A stretch of 64,000 nucleotides of DNA from the NCBI GenBank assembly GCA_045628985.1, contig JAZQQH010000065.1, forward strand, positions 181,514 through 245,513, read 5' to 3'. A program made the position numbers and the translations under genes. Origin of the DNA: Bacteroidales bacterium. Its GTDB lineage: Bacteria > Bacteroidota > Bacteroidia > Bacteroidales > UBA3663. The notes beneath the pieces are model-generated. The model was not told where the DNA came from, ran no database searches, and saw only the letters and a list, made by a program, of their open reading frames with translations. Of the stretch, positions 1-9,269 are shown piece after piece; positions within the stretch are counted from its first letter, which is position 1; each line of letters begins with the position of its first letter.

Positions 1-760
1 TCTCACCTGCATAATTTTTGGATTTAGTATATACTACATATTCGCCCCTAGGATAATTAGTTTTATCCGCTTCAATAAGTTCTGATATAGCAAACCACAA
101 TTTAGCATTAGTTTTAAAGTCTCGGATAAAACCAAATTGAGGCCCTATACTATGTATTTCGCCCATTTCTCGAATAACATCGTTATTTTCTTCCTCTCTA
201 ATATGAGAAATACTCTCTTCCATTCCAAGTAGAGTGGCAAGATCTTCCAAACTATTTGTTTTACCACCTTGAGCAGAAAACTTGCAGTTCTTTTTTGCCT
301 CTTTAATTAGCCTTTTGCTAAGTTCTTTTTCTGATTCCCTTTGGGGTGGGACCGTAGAATCCATTTCTGTTTGAATAGCAGACGTTTTACTCTCATCTCC
401 AGCGACACTGGGTTTTTCAGTATCTGCACTATCTGTACTCGCTTTTATTTCTCTTGGAATCACATAATTCTGTGAATCATTATTGATTTCGTTGTCAAAA
501 CTTTCGTTAGAAGAGAGATTTGTAGGCCGTTTGACTTCATCCATAGTTTCATTGTCACATTTATTATTAAGCGAATCAAATGTGTCGAAACTAATGATTT
601 CATCCCCCTTAATACCAGCTATTCCTCCTTCATTTTTCTTGATTGCAATTGAATTACCTACAATCTTGAGAATTGTGCCACAAACTATTTGGGACTTTTG
701 GCCATATTCAATTTTGATTGGGTCTCCTTCCTTAAAAAGACTTGAAATTAACTCTATCAT
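1..760 (-). CDS. Hypothetical protein, truncated at window edge; contains an OB/cold-shock-like segment
   Basis: Not in the ORF track. ATG at 760 gives MIELISSLFKEGDPIKIEYGQK. The same frame near the edge reads EMGEIHSIGPQFGFIRDFKTNAKLWF, resembling the cold-shock FGFI motif. Stops were checked by eye over part of the frame only. Confidence 0.6.
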   Translation of the reverse strand, partial: MIELISSLFKEGDPIKIEYGQKSQIVCGTILKIVGNSIAIKKNEGGIAGIKGDEIISFDTFDSLNNKCDNETMDEVKRPTNLSSNESFDNEINNDSQNYVIPREIKASTDSADTEKPSVAGDESKTSAIQTEMDSTVPPQRESEKELSKRLIKEAKKNCKFSAQGGKTNSLEDLATLLGMEESISHIREEENNDVIREMGEIHSIGPQFGFIRDFKTNAKLWFAISELIEADKTNYPRGEYVVYTKSKNYAGE

Positions 761-1016
761 ATATTTACTTATTTCTGTATTTAATTTATTTTTGAATATC
801 AATATTGTGAAAGTCAGAGATTTGCTAACGGCTGCAAATCACGTTGTGTGGTGTTGGCATACTACTTGGAAACCGTTACGGGATCCTACCCTAATTGACC
901 GACAAGCCAGACACAAGTTTTACCTGGATTAGACAATGAGTCCATAAATGTTCTCAGCTTTTTCATGCATATTTCTATTATTCTTAGTCTGAGCCGAGAC
1001 GTCATTCCCTGCAGTC

Positions 1017-2645
1017 TTAATTCAAATCACCAGCACTTTCTTCTATCAGCGTTCTTCCCTTGTCTGTTAGAACATATTGCTGGTTGCGAGACTTAGGTTT
1101 ATCTGGCACTGTAGGTGTTACTAACCCTGATTGAATGAGAACGTCCAAACTGGTGCGCTTGAAACGTGCTCTATTGGTTTGTTCGAATTTCTCCATCAGA
1201 TCAGATAATGTCGTGGCTTCTTGCAACACGATTAAGAGTTGCACAAGTTGTTTAATGTTTACACCATTAACTTTAGACAAACTATCAGATACAACTTGCA
1301 TAACCTCGTCATTAAACCTTTTGTTATCAACAAGTTCAACATTAGACATGACATTAGACACAACATTAGACAGATTATCATTCACAAACTCTGGATGACA
1401 AGGAATATCGATCAAGAAATAAGAACGGTCATCATCTGTCTCAATAGTTGCTGCTGCGGAACCGTTATCTTTCAGTTTCTTCTGTATCGTAGGCAGACCT
1501 GTGGCACGGCCCTCGGTCAGTTCCAGTTCTTTCAGAAACTCTCCGAGACGGCGGTTACGATACTTGCGGCATCTCAGGGATTGTGCCTTGCGAACCTCAT
1601 CCATCGGAATGGAGCGATCAGGACCCCCATGGTTTAGAATAGAGATTTTGTCTGGTTCGATAGTAATCTCTACAGGTTCCCTTTCCTGATAATTTCTGTG
1701 ATAGAGTGAGTTTACAACGGCTTCTTCCAACGCCTGATAGGGATAGTTGAAAAAACGCAGCGAATGCTCGTCATCTGTTTGTTTCACGATTCGTTCCTTG
1801 ACCACATTGACCCTAAGGTACGACATGGCATCGCGAATCATCATCGGAACAGAACCCTTGATGGCTGGGAGTTCTATGATGTTGTCTGGATTGTTGATTC
1901 GTCCTTCTGGGAACATCACAATATCTACCTGGGTTGTCTTGAAGAACTTCTCTGGATGCTCGCAGAACATCATAGCAGCCACATTCTTGATGTACCGTCT
2001 CTCGGTGGGGCCTTCAAGCAAATCCATCTGCACCAAGACTTGTTCTAGGTTGTTGACCAGGTCTTCATTCTGTAATTTACTACCTACCTTGACCAGATAA
2101 TCCTTCAACAGAAGTGGCGAGATGTCTTCAAGTTTGATATCCGGATTACCTCTATCATCGAATGGAACGCGATTCGCCATCTCTCTCAATTCATCCAAGA
2201 GTTCTCCTTTGGCTTCAATTGACGATGTACCATAGCGAATATAGAAGACAGGCTTCTTCAGTTTGGCAGTCACATCAGCAGGAGCTGAGTACGGACGGTT
2301 AATGCCCGACGGCACCCATATAACCAAAATCTTCTGTCCGTCGATATCTTCATCCGATATGCGTGGAGCATAGAAGGGCTCGATCATCTGATTGTATTGG
2401 AGCATCTCTCGTTGTATTTTGTCAAGCTGCTCCAATGGCACTCCTTTTACAGGACGAACAGCCTGACCATCCTTCTCTTCTACGCCAACTAGAATGTAGC
2501 CTCCGCCAATATTGTCGAAATCATTGGCGAAAGCACAGATAGAATGATAGATGGAAATGGGGTTCCATCCACTCTTGAATTCTATACGATTTGATTCGAC
2601 CTTGCGTTTATTCAGAAGGTCTGTTATATTGATGGGGAGTGCCAT
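1017..2645 (-). CDS. Schlafen/AlbA_2 DNA-binding domain + HATPase_c_4 (RecG-C-like) protein with C-terminal winged helix
   Basis: ESNRIEFKSGW and ICAFAND..GGGYILVGV (AlbA_2); EEAVVNSLYHRNY, YRNRRLGEFLKELELTEGRATG (HATPase_c_4); PDKPKSRNQQY tail. Confidence 0.85.
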   Translation of the reverse strand: MALPINITDLLNKRKVESNRIEFKSGWNPISIYHSICAFANDFDNIGGGYILVGVEEKDGQAVRPVKGVPLEQLDKIQREMLQYNQMIEPFYAPRISDEDIDGQKILVIWVPSGINRPYSAPADVTAKLKKPVFYIRYGTSSIEAKGELLDELREMANRVPFDDRGNPDIKLEDISPLLLKDYLVKVGSKLQNEDLVNNLEQVLVQMDLLEGPTERRYIKNVAAMMFCEHPEKFFKTTQVDIVMFPEGRINNPDNIIELPAIKGSVPMMIRDAMSYLRVNVVKERIVKQTDDEHSLRFFNYPYQALEEAVVNSLYHRNYQEREPVEITIEPDKISILNHGGPDRSIPMDEVRKAQSLRCRKYRNRRLGEFLKELELTEGRATGLPTIQKKLKDNGSAAATIETDDDRSYFLIDIPCHPEFVNDNLSNVVSNVMSNVELVDNKRFNDEVMQVVSDSLSKVNGVNIKQLVQLLIVLQEATTLSDLMEKFEQTNRARFKRTSLDVLIQSGLVTPTVPDKPKSRNQQYVLTDKGRTLIEESAGDLN

Positions 2646-2893
2646 GTTTCGTTTAAGGATTTGGACAAAGAAAAAGATTTGCTAGATATAAGCTCCGCTA
2701 GAGCCAGCCACACCAAGTAGTGACAAGTTCCTGACAAGTATATATAATATCGCGGGCAAATATACATTATTTATTTTAAAGATGCAAATTATGGGATTGA
2801 AACCTTATTGATGATAGCTGTTTTTTATGTTCTTTGTTATCGTTTTTTCATTTTCGGACGCTTTTTTGAATGTTAAAGAGGAACGGCGAAGGA

Positions 2894-3460
2894 CTAAAAC
2901 TGATCTTTATGCTTCTGATCGAACACAGCCAATTCAACAATCTCGATGGGTGTATCGACCTTCTTATATAGGTTGCTTACAGATGCCGGCTTTTTGTTGT
3001 CGCTAGTTGTTTCTAAAGGATACGGAATCTCCAGCAGATTGGAGAAAAGAGCGATAGCCAAATTGATGCTGTCCATCCGTGATATAGACTTCGAATAGGC
3101 ATGACAGGCTGAGTAGATTGTCGTTGTGAGATACTGCTTCGTGTAATGGGGATTGGTAGGGATCGACAACGACAAAGAAGGCAATTGCCGGCTCTTGAAG
3201 TACTCACGAATTGTCATAATGATAGATTCAAGTTCCTCCTTCTGGAACCGAATGAGCCGACGTGTCACCCAGGTACAGATAATCTCTACTCGCTCTGCCT
3301 CTATCATCATATTATTTGTCTTGTGCTCATGTATGATGGCCTCAAAGTTGTTCGTACTATGCGCATAGGCAACAGGTGTAATAACACGGACAGACACTGC
3401 TGGACGGATGCCCAACAGACAGCAAATTCTAGTGAAGATTGATTCGAGTAAATATGCCAT
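2894..3460 (-). CDS. Hypothetical protein
   Basis: 188-aa ORF with a minus-strand TATCTTTG promoter box near 3491-3498; no recognisable family. Confidence 0.55.
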   Translation of the reverse strand: MAYLLESIFTRICCLLGIRPAVSVRVITPVAYAHSTNNFEAIIHEHKTNNMMIEAERVEIICTWVTRRLIRFQKEELESIIMTIREYFKSRQLPSLSLSIPTNPHYTKQYLTTTIYSACHAYSKSISRMDSINLAIALFSNLLEIPYPLETTSDNKKPASVSNLYKKVDTPIEIVELAVFDQKHKDQF

Positions 3461-3591
3461 ATCGGTTAGCGATCATTTGAAATCGTGGTGCAAAGATATT
3501 GCAAAAAATATCAACCTCCAAATTTTTGTTTTTAACGTCATTTTAATGAATGCAATCTACTGCAATATAACATATTATTGAATTGATTGAA

Positions 3592-3648
3592 ATGTCCCAA
3601 AATGTCCCGCTGTCCCAAAGTGTCCCACCGTCTCAAAGTGTCCAAAAT
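3592..3648. repeat. Short tandem TGTCCCA-type repeats
   Basis: aatgtcccaaaatgtcccgctgtcccaaagtgtcccaccgtctcaaagtgtccaaaat. Confidence 0.6.
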
Positions 3649-4192
3649 CCATACTATCAGGCAGTCTCATCCGCCATCATAATCTTATCATCTGAGGATT
3701 GTCATGATAAGAACAATATACCGTCTACATTGACCCAGAATTATCAAAACGCGCGACTAAGACGATACAATGAAGAAAAGCTCGAAAATGCAATCTTATG
3801 CAATCTCAAGTGTTTTGATAATATTTTGTAAAGATTTTTCCAGATTTTGCGATTTGCCAATCGAGCCTTACAAAACAAGTCTTTTTCCGACAGCTTTTCC
3901 CCTCCTCGTCGAGCAATCCGAAATGCCTCTAAATTGTAATCCTCAACGGAAGAAATGCCTCCTTTGTAACAAATCCTTCATTCCCAACACACTTTTTTGT
4001 AACAAAAATTGGTCATATCGAAGAAAAGTCCCATCTTTGCACCGAACAAATCCTTATCGGTATTTATGGCAGCTTTACGCCTAATGATATTGGATTTGTA
4101 GTAAAACAGTAGTAAACAGACTTAACCCTTTGATTATTACCACTACTCATTTTCGAGGAGGTCAAGTGATTTCAACGAAATAAACAATAAAT

Positions 4193-4315
4193 AGCGGAGG
4201 CAAGTTCAGTCTTGTCTCCGCTTTTTTGTAGTATTAAATGTATGAGATTTGTCTTTTTTAGACCATTTGTCCGAAGCTCACCAATTTTTTTGGTAAGCTT
4301 CGGATAAATGGTTCT
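4193..4315. terminator. Two hairpins downstream of the RecQ-UvrD gene (terminator-like)
   Basis: agcggaggcaag...cttgtctccgct followed by a T-run; agaccatttgtccgaagct...agcttcggataaatggttct. Confidence 0.55.
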
Positions 4316-4374
4316 CTGTAGTAGACATTCTTATATCATTTCAGACATCATATTAGCAATACCTAATGTACTAA

Positions 4375-7300
4375 TCAAGATTTTTTTAGCGATAAATCTA
4401 CTAACAATACTGCATGCTCCTTTTCTTCTTTCGGAGCATCCTTGGGATGCCAAGCAACGATGAACCGAACAGATGAATCTACAACACAATATTGCTTCTC
4501 TGCCCATTGAGAAAGAACACTCTGCATCATCTGAGATAATTGAGCAACGGGCTTACCGGATCTTGTCTCATATAAATAATGATTTTCGTAACGCAACTTT
4601 TCTCCAGCCCTAAGTGAAAGAATATCAGCCTTACGAGGCTTGAAGAACCCAAGGTTCACATCTCTGTGGCTAAGCTGTAAAACTATCTCAGTAGGCATAT
4701 CATATACATTATAATCTGCCACCTTGTTGTCAATTGGCAAATTATCAAATAATGGACAATTTGTGTGTATAAACAACCGTTGTTTTGCTCGTGTTATACC
4801 AACGTAGTATCTACGTAAAACCTCAGCAGTAATGTGGTTAGGATCGGTAACTAGCAGATACACATCATCAAATTCGCGTCCTTTCGATTTATGAATGGTA
4901 GAAACGACCACATCAGCACCTGTCAAGTCACAAAAATCTTCAACAGATGCTTCAAATACATACTCCTTAAAGTCCATTAAGTATTTAGCTTTGTTCGTTT
5001 CTTCAAACAACTGAATACATCTTTGTAGATAATGAAGACTTCCCGAATCTTTATATGCAGAAAAAGTTCTGCTCTTTGCAGACTCCCAAACTTCGTCCGC
5101 AATAAGAGGAGTACGTGTCTCCTTCTCAATATATTTCATAAACAAACGAACCTCTGCAATATTCCAGAAACGGAATCCGTCCATACTCTGTATCAATTTA
5201 CTACTTAATCCATGCTTACGCAATAGGGCAACGAGTATGACAGCCTCTTCGTTTGTTTGTGTAAGTACACACATTGTTCCTTGACGCTTGCGATGTTGAA
5301 GCAGGTTCCGCAATAGCGGTTCATACATGAAAGATGATGAAGAATGATGTATCACACTAACCACTCCTTCTTCCTGACTCATCGAAACGATAGGTGTACC
5401 CTTCATTCTGCCTCGAAGACCCATAACAAAAGCATTAGCAAAGCTTACAATGTGCCGCGCACTTCGGTAGTTCTCTGTCATCTCGACAAATCTTCCCTCA
5501 GAATCCCTTAATAACTGAGCCATATATTTGGAATTCGAGCCTCGGAACTCATAGATGTTCTGATCATCATCACCTACCGCAATCACGCGCATCTCTTCAT
5601 TGGCAGTCATCAAAGCATGAACAAGAGCGTATTCCTCTGTACTCATATCCTGAGCTTCATCTATCACCAGTACCGTTTTTGCAATGCGATTCGGTTCTAC
5701 CTCTCCATCACTTATCATCTTTGCGGCACGTGATACTACGTCCTTTGCATCTTCCAGATTGCCGATTCTACCGAGGAGGTCAAAGCAATACGAATGAAAT
5801 GTCTTTATTTCTACGAAATGGGCAGCATTGCCAATGAGACCCATCAGACGTTGCTTGAACTCAATTGCGGCAGCACGAGAGAAGGTTAACATCAGCAACT
5901 GCTCATGTTTGACATCCTCAAGCATGAGCAACGATGCAAGCTTATGTACCAAAACACGCGTCTTACCACTACCAGGGCCAGCCGCAACAACAATGCATCG
6001 AGAATCCTTGTTTGAGATTATCTCCATCTGTTTTGGAGATAATGCACCAAAAAGTTGCTCGTATTTTCCAGGAGTAACGTTACGCTCTATCTCCTGAACG
6101 CGATTCCCTTTGAAATATTTCGAAACAAATCGCTTATAATCCATCTGGAAATAATCCTGTACGTACTGAAGAGCCGCATCATAATCCTTCACCATCAAGT
6201 TAGCATATTCACCTACGATGTGCACCTGTTGAATCTTTTGCTTATAGAACTCATTCAGCATGCGATAATCTTCTTGTTTATAACGGATACGATTATCCTT
6301 AACTCGACGGATATCCATGGCATTATAAAGCACTAGGAAGCCTCCTTCCAGCTTCAAAGCACCAATCTTTGAAAGATAGAGCAAGGCTTCTTCTACATCT
6401 TCCAATTGAATATCTTGTAATACATTAAAGAGATTCTGACCTTGCGACTTCAGTTCGTTGAGTAATTCAACAACTGAGAACTGTATGCCATTCTTCTGCG
6501 ACTCATCTGCTGTTGTCTTGGCTGCGAGTTTATACAGCCATTCTACAGAAAAACGACAAATTTCCAATCGTTTCTCAAAACGTTTGATAGTTGCTCCCAG
6601 ATCTGTCTGACGCTTCACTTCTAGATTATGTGCAGCATCTTCATTCTTACGAGTATACCCCTTTATTGTCAAGAAATAGAGCAAAGTACGGATATCTTTC
6701 TCTGTTGCAGAGAGAATACCTTCGTTCTGTGCATTATCATTTAGTTGTTTATAAGATATTCTAAGTACATCATCAGGAATATTATTCAATATAAAACGCT
6801 CCAATTTTGTGAAACGCTCAAGAAGTCTTTTTGACTTGTTCTCTGATTCACCAACATCATTGAGGTAAGCAGAAATATCCTTCGTATCAGCCAAAATGCC
6901 TTCCTGTCGCATTCGTTCCACAGCAGAAACGACTTCACACTTGTTCAAACCAAGAATGTCTGCCAAATAATCCACGCGAGACTCTGCCTCTGCATCTTGG
7001 GCCTTTGCTATGTGTTTTTGTGAAATCAGCGACTTGATAATACGGATAGCTTTCTCAACTTCGTCACTATCAAAAAGTAATGATTCAGTAATACGCTTAC
7101 GCGCTTCATCCATATTCTTTACAGTAATGCCAGTTGCATAGACATGAGGCACATTATTTCCACGTTCCAAATACCCAGCTTGCTCTAGCGCTGCCAATGC
7201 TGTACGGACACGAGTTTCAATATCAGAAACCGAATCATCCCATCCTGCCGTTCTTGCAATTTCCAAAGCCGAACAATAAGCACGCATGCGTTGACGAGTC

Positions 7301-9249
7301 AGTTCCTTTACAGCTTTCCATACCTGCTGAATTTCACTGATACTCAATTTTGTCTGATTGAGCAAAACAAAATGCTTGTCTAGGTCACCATCACTATAGA
7401 GGACAAAACATCGTGCTTCCAGATGAGGATCACGTCCTGCACGACCTGCTTCTTGAACGTAGTTTTCCAACGAATCGGAGATGTCATAATGCACTACCAA
7501 TCCCACATCACTCTTATCTACGCCCATGCCAAAGGCTGAGGTTGCTACAATAATGCGCACCTTATCGTTCATGAAAGCATCCTGATTTGCAATTTTTTCG
7601 TCTGCTTCCATCTGTCCATTGAAGGGCAAAGCTTTATAGCCATCACGAGTAAGTTTCTCAGCCAATTGTCTCGTGCGTTTTGTTCGAGACACGTAGACAA
7701 TAGTAGGACAATCACTTTCTGCTATTAGTGAGCGAAGTTTCGCGTACTTGTCTTCATCGGTATCTGCATGGATGACAGAGTATTGCAAATTTGTTCTTGA
7801 AGCAGTAGATGCAAATAGCTGAAGGTCAATGTCAAGTGACTGCTTGAAGTAATCACAAACATCCTGTATCACCTTCTGCTTTGCAGTAGCAGTAAAACAT
7901 GATACAGGAATAGCATCTTTGCAATGTTTCTTTTTCTGATACTCACTAATGAACTTACCGATATAAAGATAATCCACACGGAAGTCTTGGCCCCATGAGG
8001 AAAAACAATGTGCTTCGTCTATCACAAATCTTACTACATGACGAGCTAATAGAATTTTCTCTATAGTCTTAGAGCGAAGCATCTCGGGGGCAATATATAG
8101 CAGAGATGCATCACCGTCTTGCACACGCTGGATGGCTACAGAGCGGCTAATAGGGTCAAGCAAGCCATTGATTGTAACGGCATCCGTAATACCTCTTTCT
8201 GCGAGGTTATCCACCTGATCCTTCATTAACGATTGAAGAGGAGAGATAACCACAGTAAGACCATGTACAGAACGGCCCTCCATTAAAGCTGGCAACTGAA
8301 AAGTGAGAGATTTACCTCCTCCTGTTGGAAAGATAGCAAGCAAAGATTTTCCTTCTACAGCAGCTCTGGCAGCATTCTCTTGCAAAGGTTCTCCTTCATA
8401 AGTACGGAACTGATCGTAACCGAAGAATCTCTTCAGATTGTGAAGCACATCAAGATCTTTATTGCAATATGCACAACCTTCCTCACATCTAGTATATCGA
8501 AGAATTCTAACAATATTCTCCACATTGGGATAATTATGTAACACCCAAGATGGAGTAACAGAGCGATAATCAGTCGTATCAATCAGAGCCAACGCGTATG
8601 CAAGTTCGACCGGTTGTGAAGCAATCAAGTTTGCAATATCCACATGCTCGCAAATTTTACCTTTATACTCTGCACGAATCAATGCCGGAAGTTGAAGCTT
8701 GTCATCGACCTCTGCTCCTGCAAATAAAAGGAACCCATGAAACTCAGGTATGTCATAAAGCAAAGTTGCATAAATGATCTGCTTCTTATCTGAAAAAGCA
8801 CGCCACTGAGCTACCTCCTCCATTAGCAGATCTCTTGCTTTCTCACAATCGTTTACGGGATTGTTCATCTGCTCAGTAACCAGCTTATCATCTTTTAGCA
8901 AACGATGATAAGGGCGTTCTGGAAACAATAATGGCGAGACATATAACGTATCGACAAAAGCCCATTTAGGATTTTCTGCTCCAAAAAGATACTTCGCATC
9001 ATGATGAATGATATTATGGCCACACAGATAATCCACACCGTTAAGGAACCGTATTCCTGCATGTTTATCGGCAGAATGAAAAGTTGCGCCATCCCAACGC
9101 AATGCACCTATATCATGAATCTTTTTATCTTTCAAGCCGACTTCGCAATCCACTATAGCATAGTGGGAAGCATCTCGAGACACTTCCTGATGGGCTGCAA
9201 CAGAAACACTTCCGCTTACAGATTCAATGATTCTATTCCAGAAAGACAT
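4375..9249 (-). CDS. RecQ-family helicase fused to an N-terminal DEDD-type exonuclease-like domain and a C-terminal UvrD/REP (SF1) helicase
   Basis: IVDCEVG / CGHNIIHHD / DTL (exonuclease); PTGGGKS, DEAHC, WGQDFRVDY, QEAGRAGRD (RecQ); AGPGSGKT, DEAQD, VGDDDQNIYEFRG, STIHKSKGREFD, YVGITRAK (UvrD). Confidence 0.9.
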   Translation of the reverse strand: MSFWNRIIESVSGSVSVAAHQEVSRDASHYAIVDCEVGLKDKKIHDIGALRWDGATFHSADKHAGIRFLNGVDYLCGHNIIHHDAKYLFGAENPKWAFVDTLYVSPLLFPERPYHRLLKDDKLVTEQMNNPVNDCEKARDLLMEEVAQWRAFSDKKQIIYATLLYDIPEFHGFLLFAGAEVDDKLQLPALIRAEYKGKICEHVDIANLIASQPVELAYALALIDTTDYRSVTPSWVLHNYPNVENIVRILRYTRCEEGCAYCNKDLDVLHNLKRFFGYDQFRTYEGEPLQENAARAAVEGKSLLAIFPTGGGKSLTFQLPALMEGRSVHGLTVVISPLQSLMKDQVDNLAERGITDAVTINGLLDPISRSVAIQRVQDGDASLLYIAPEMLRSKTIEKILLARHVVRFVIDEAHCFSSWGQDFRVDYLYIGKFISEYQKKKHCKDAIPVSCFTATAKQKVIQDVCDYFKQSLDIDLQLFASTASRTNLQYSVIHADTDEDKYAKLRSLIAESDCPTIVYVSRTKRTRQLAEKLTRDGYKALPFNGQMEADEKIANQDAFMNDKVRIIVATSAFGMGVDKSDVGLVVHYDISDSLENYVQEAGRAGRDPHLEARCFVLYSDGDLDKHFVLLNQTKLSISEIQQVWKAVKELTRQRMRAYCSALEIARTAGWDDSVSDIETRVRTALAALEQAGYLERGNNVPHVYATGITVKNMDEARKRITESLLFDSDEVEKAIRIIKSLISQKHIAKAQDAEAESRVDYLADILGLNKCEVVSAVERMRQEGILADTKDISAYLNDVGESENKSKRLLERFTKLERFILNNIPDDVLRISYKQLNDNAQNEGILSATEKDIRTLLYFLTIKGYTRKNEDAAHNLEVKRQTDLGATIKRFEKRLEICRFSVEWLYKLAAKTTADESQKNGIQFSVVELLNELKSQGQNLFNVLQDIQLEDVEEALLYLSKIGALKLEGGFLVLYNAMDIRRVKDNRIRYKQEDYRMLNEFYKQKIQQVHIVGEYANLMVKDYDAALQYVQDYFQMDYKRFVSKYFKGNRVQEIERNVTPGKYEQLFGALSPKQMEIISNKDSRCIVVAAGPGSGKTRVLVHKLASLLMLEDVKHEQLLMLTFSRAAAIEFKQRLMGLIGNAAHFVEIKTFHSYCFDLLGRIGNLEDAKDVVSRAAKMISDGEVEPNRIAKTVLVIDEAQDMSTEEYALVHALMTANEEMRVIAVGDDDQNIYEFRGSNSKYMAQLLRDSEGRFVEMTENYRSARHIVSFANAFVMGLRGRMKGTPIVSMSQEEGVVSVIHHSSSSFMYEPLLRNLLQHRKRQGTMCVLTQTNEEAVILVALLRKHGLSSKLIQSMDGFRFWNIAEVRLFMKYIEKETRTPLIADEVWESAKSRTFSAYKDSGSLHYLQRCIQLFEETNKAKYLMDFKEYVFEASVEDFCDLTGADVVVSTIHKSKGREFDDVYLLVTDPNHITAEVLRRYYVGITRAKQRLFIHTNCPLFDNLPIDNKVADYNVYDMPTEIVLQLSHRDVNLGFFKPRKADILSLRAGEKLRYENHYLYETRSGKPVAQLSQMMQSVLSQWAEKQYCVVDSSVRFIVAWHPKDAPKEEKEHAVLLVDLSLKKS

Positions 9250-9269
9250 AAATAATAGTACAAACTACT

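Noticed and set aside
483-932. 149-aa plus-strand ORF
   Set aside because: Antisense shadow of the minus-strand gene starting at 760
3583-4084. Two short plus-strand ORFs
   Set aside because: Repeat-derived or low-complexity translations with no family signal
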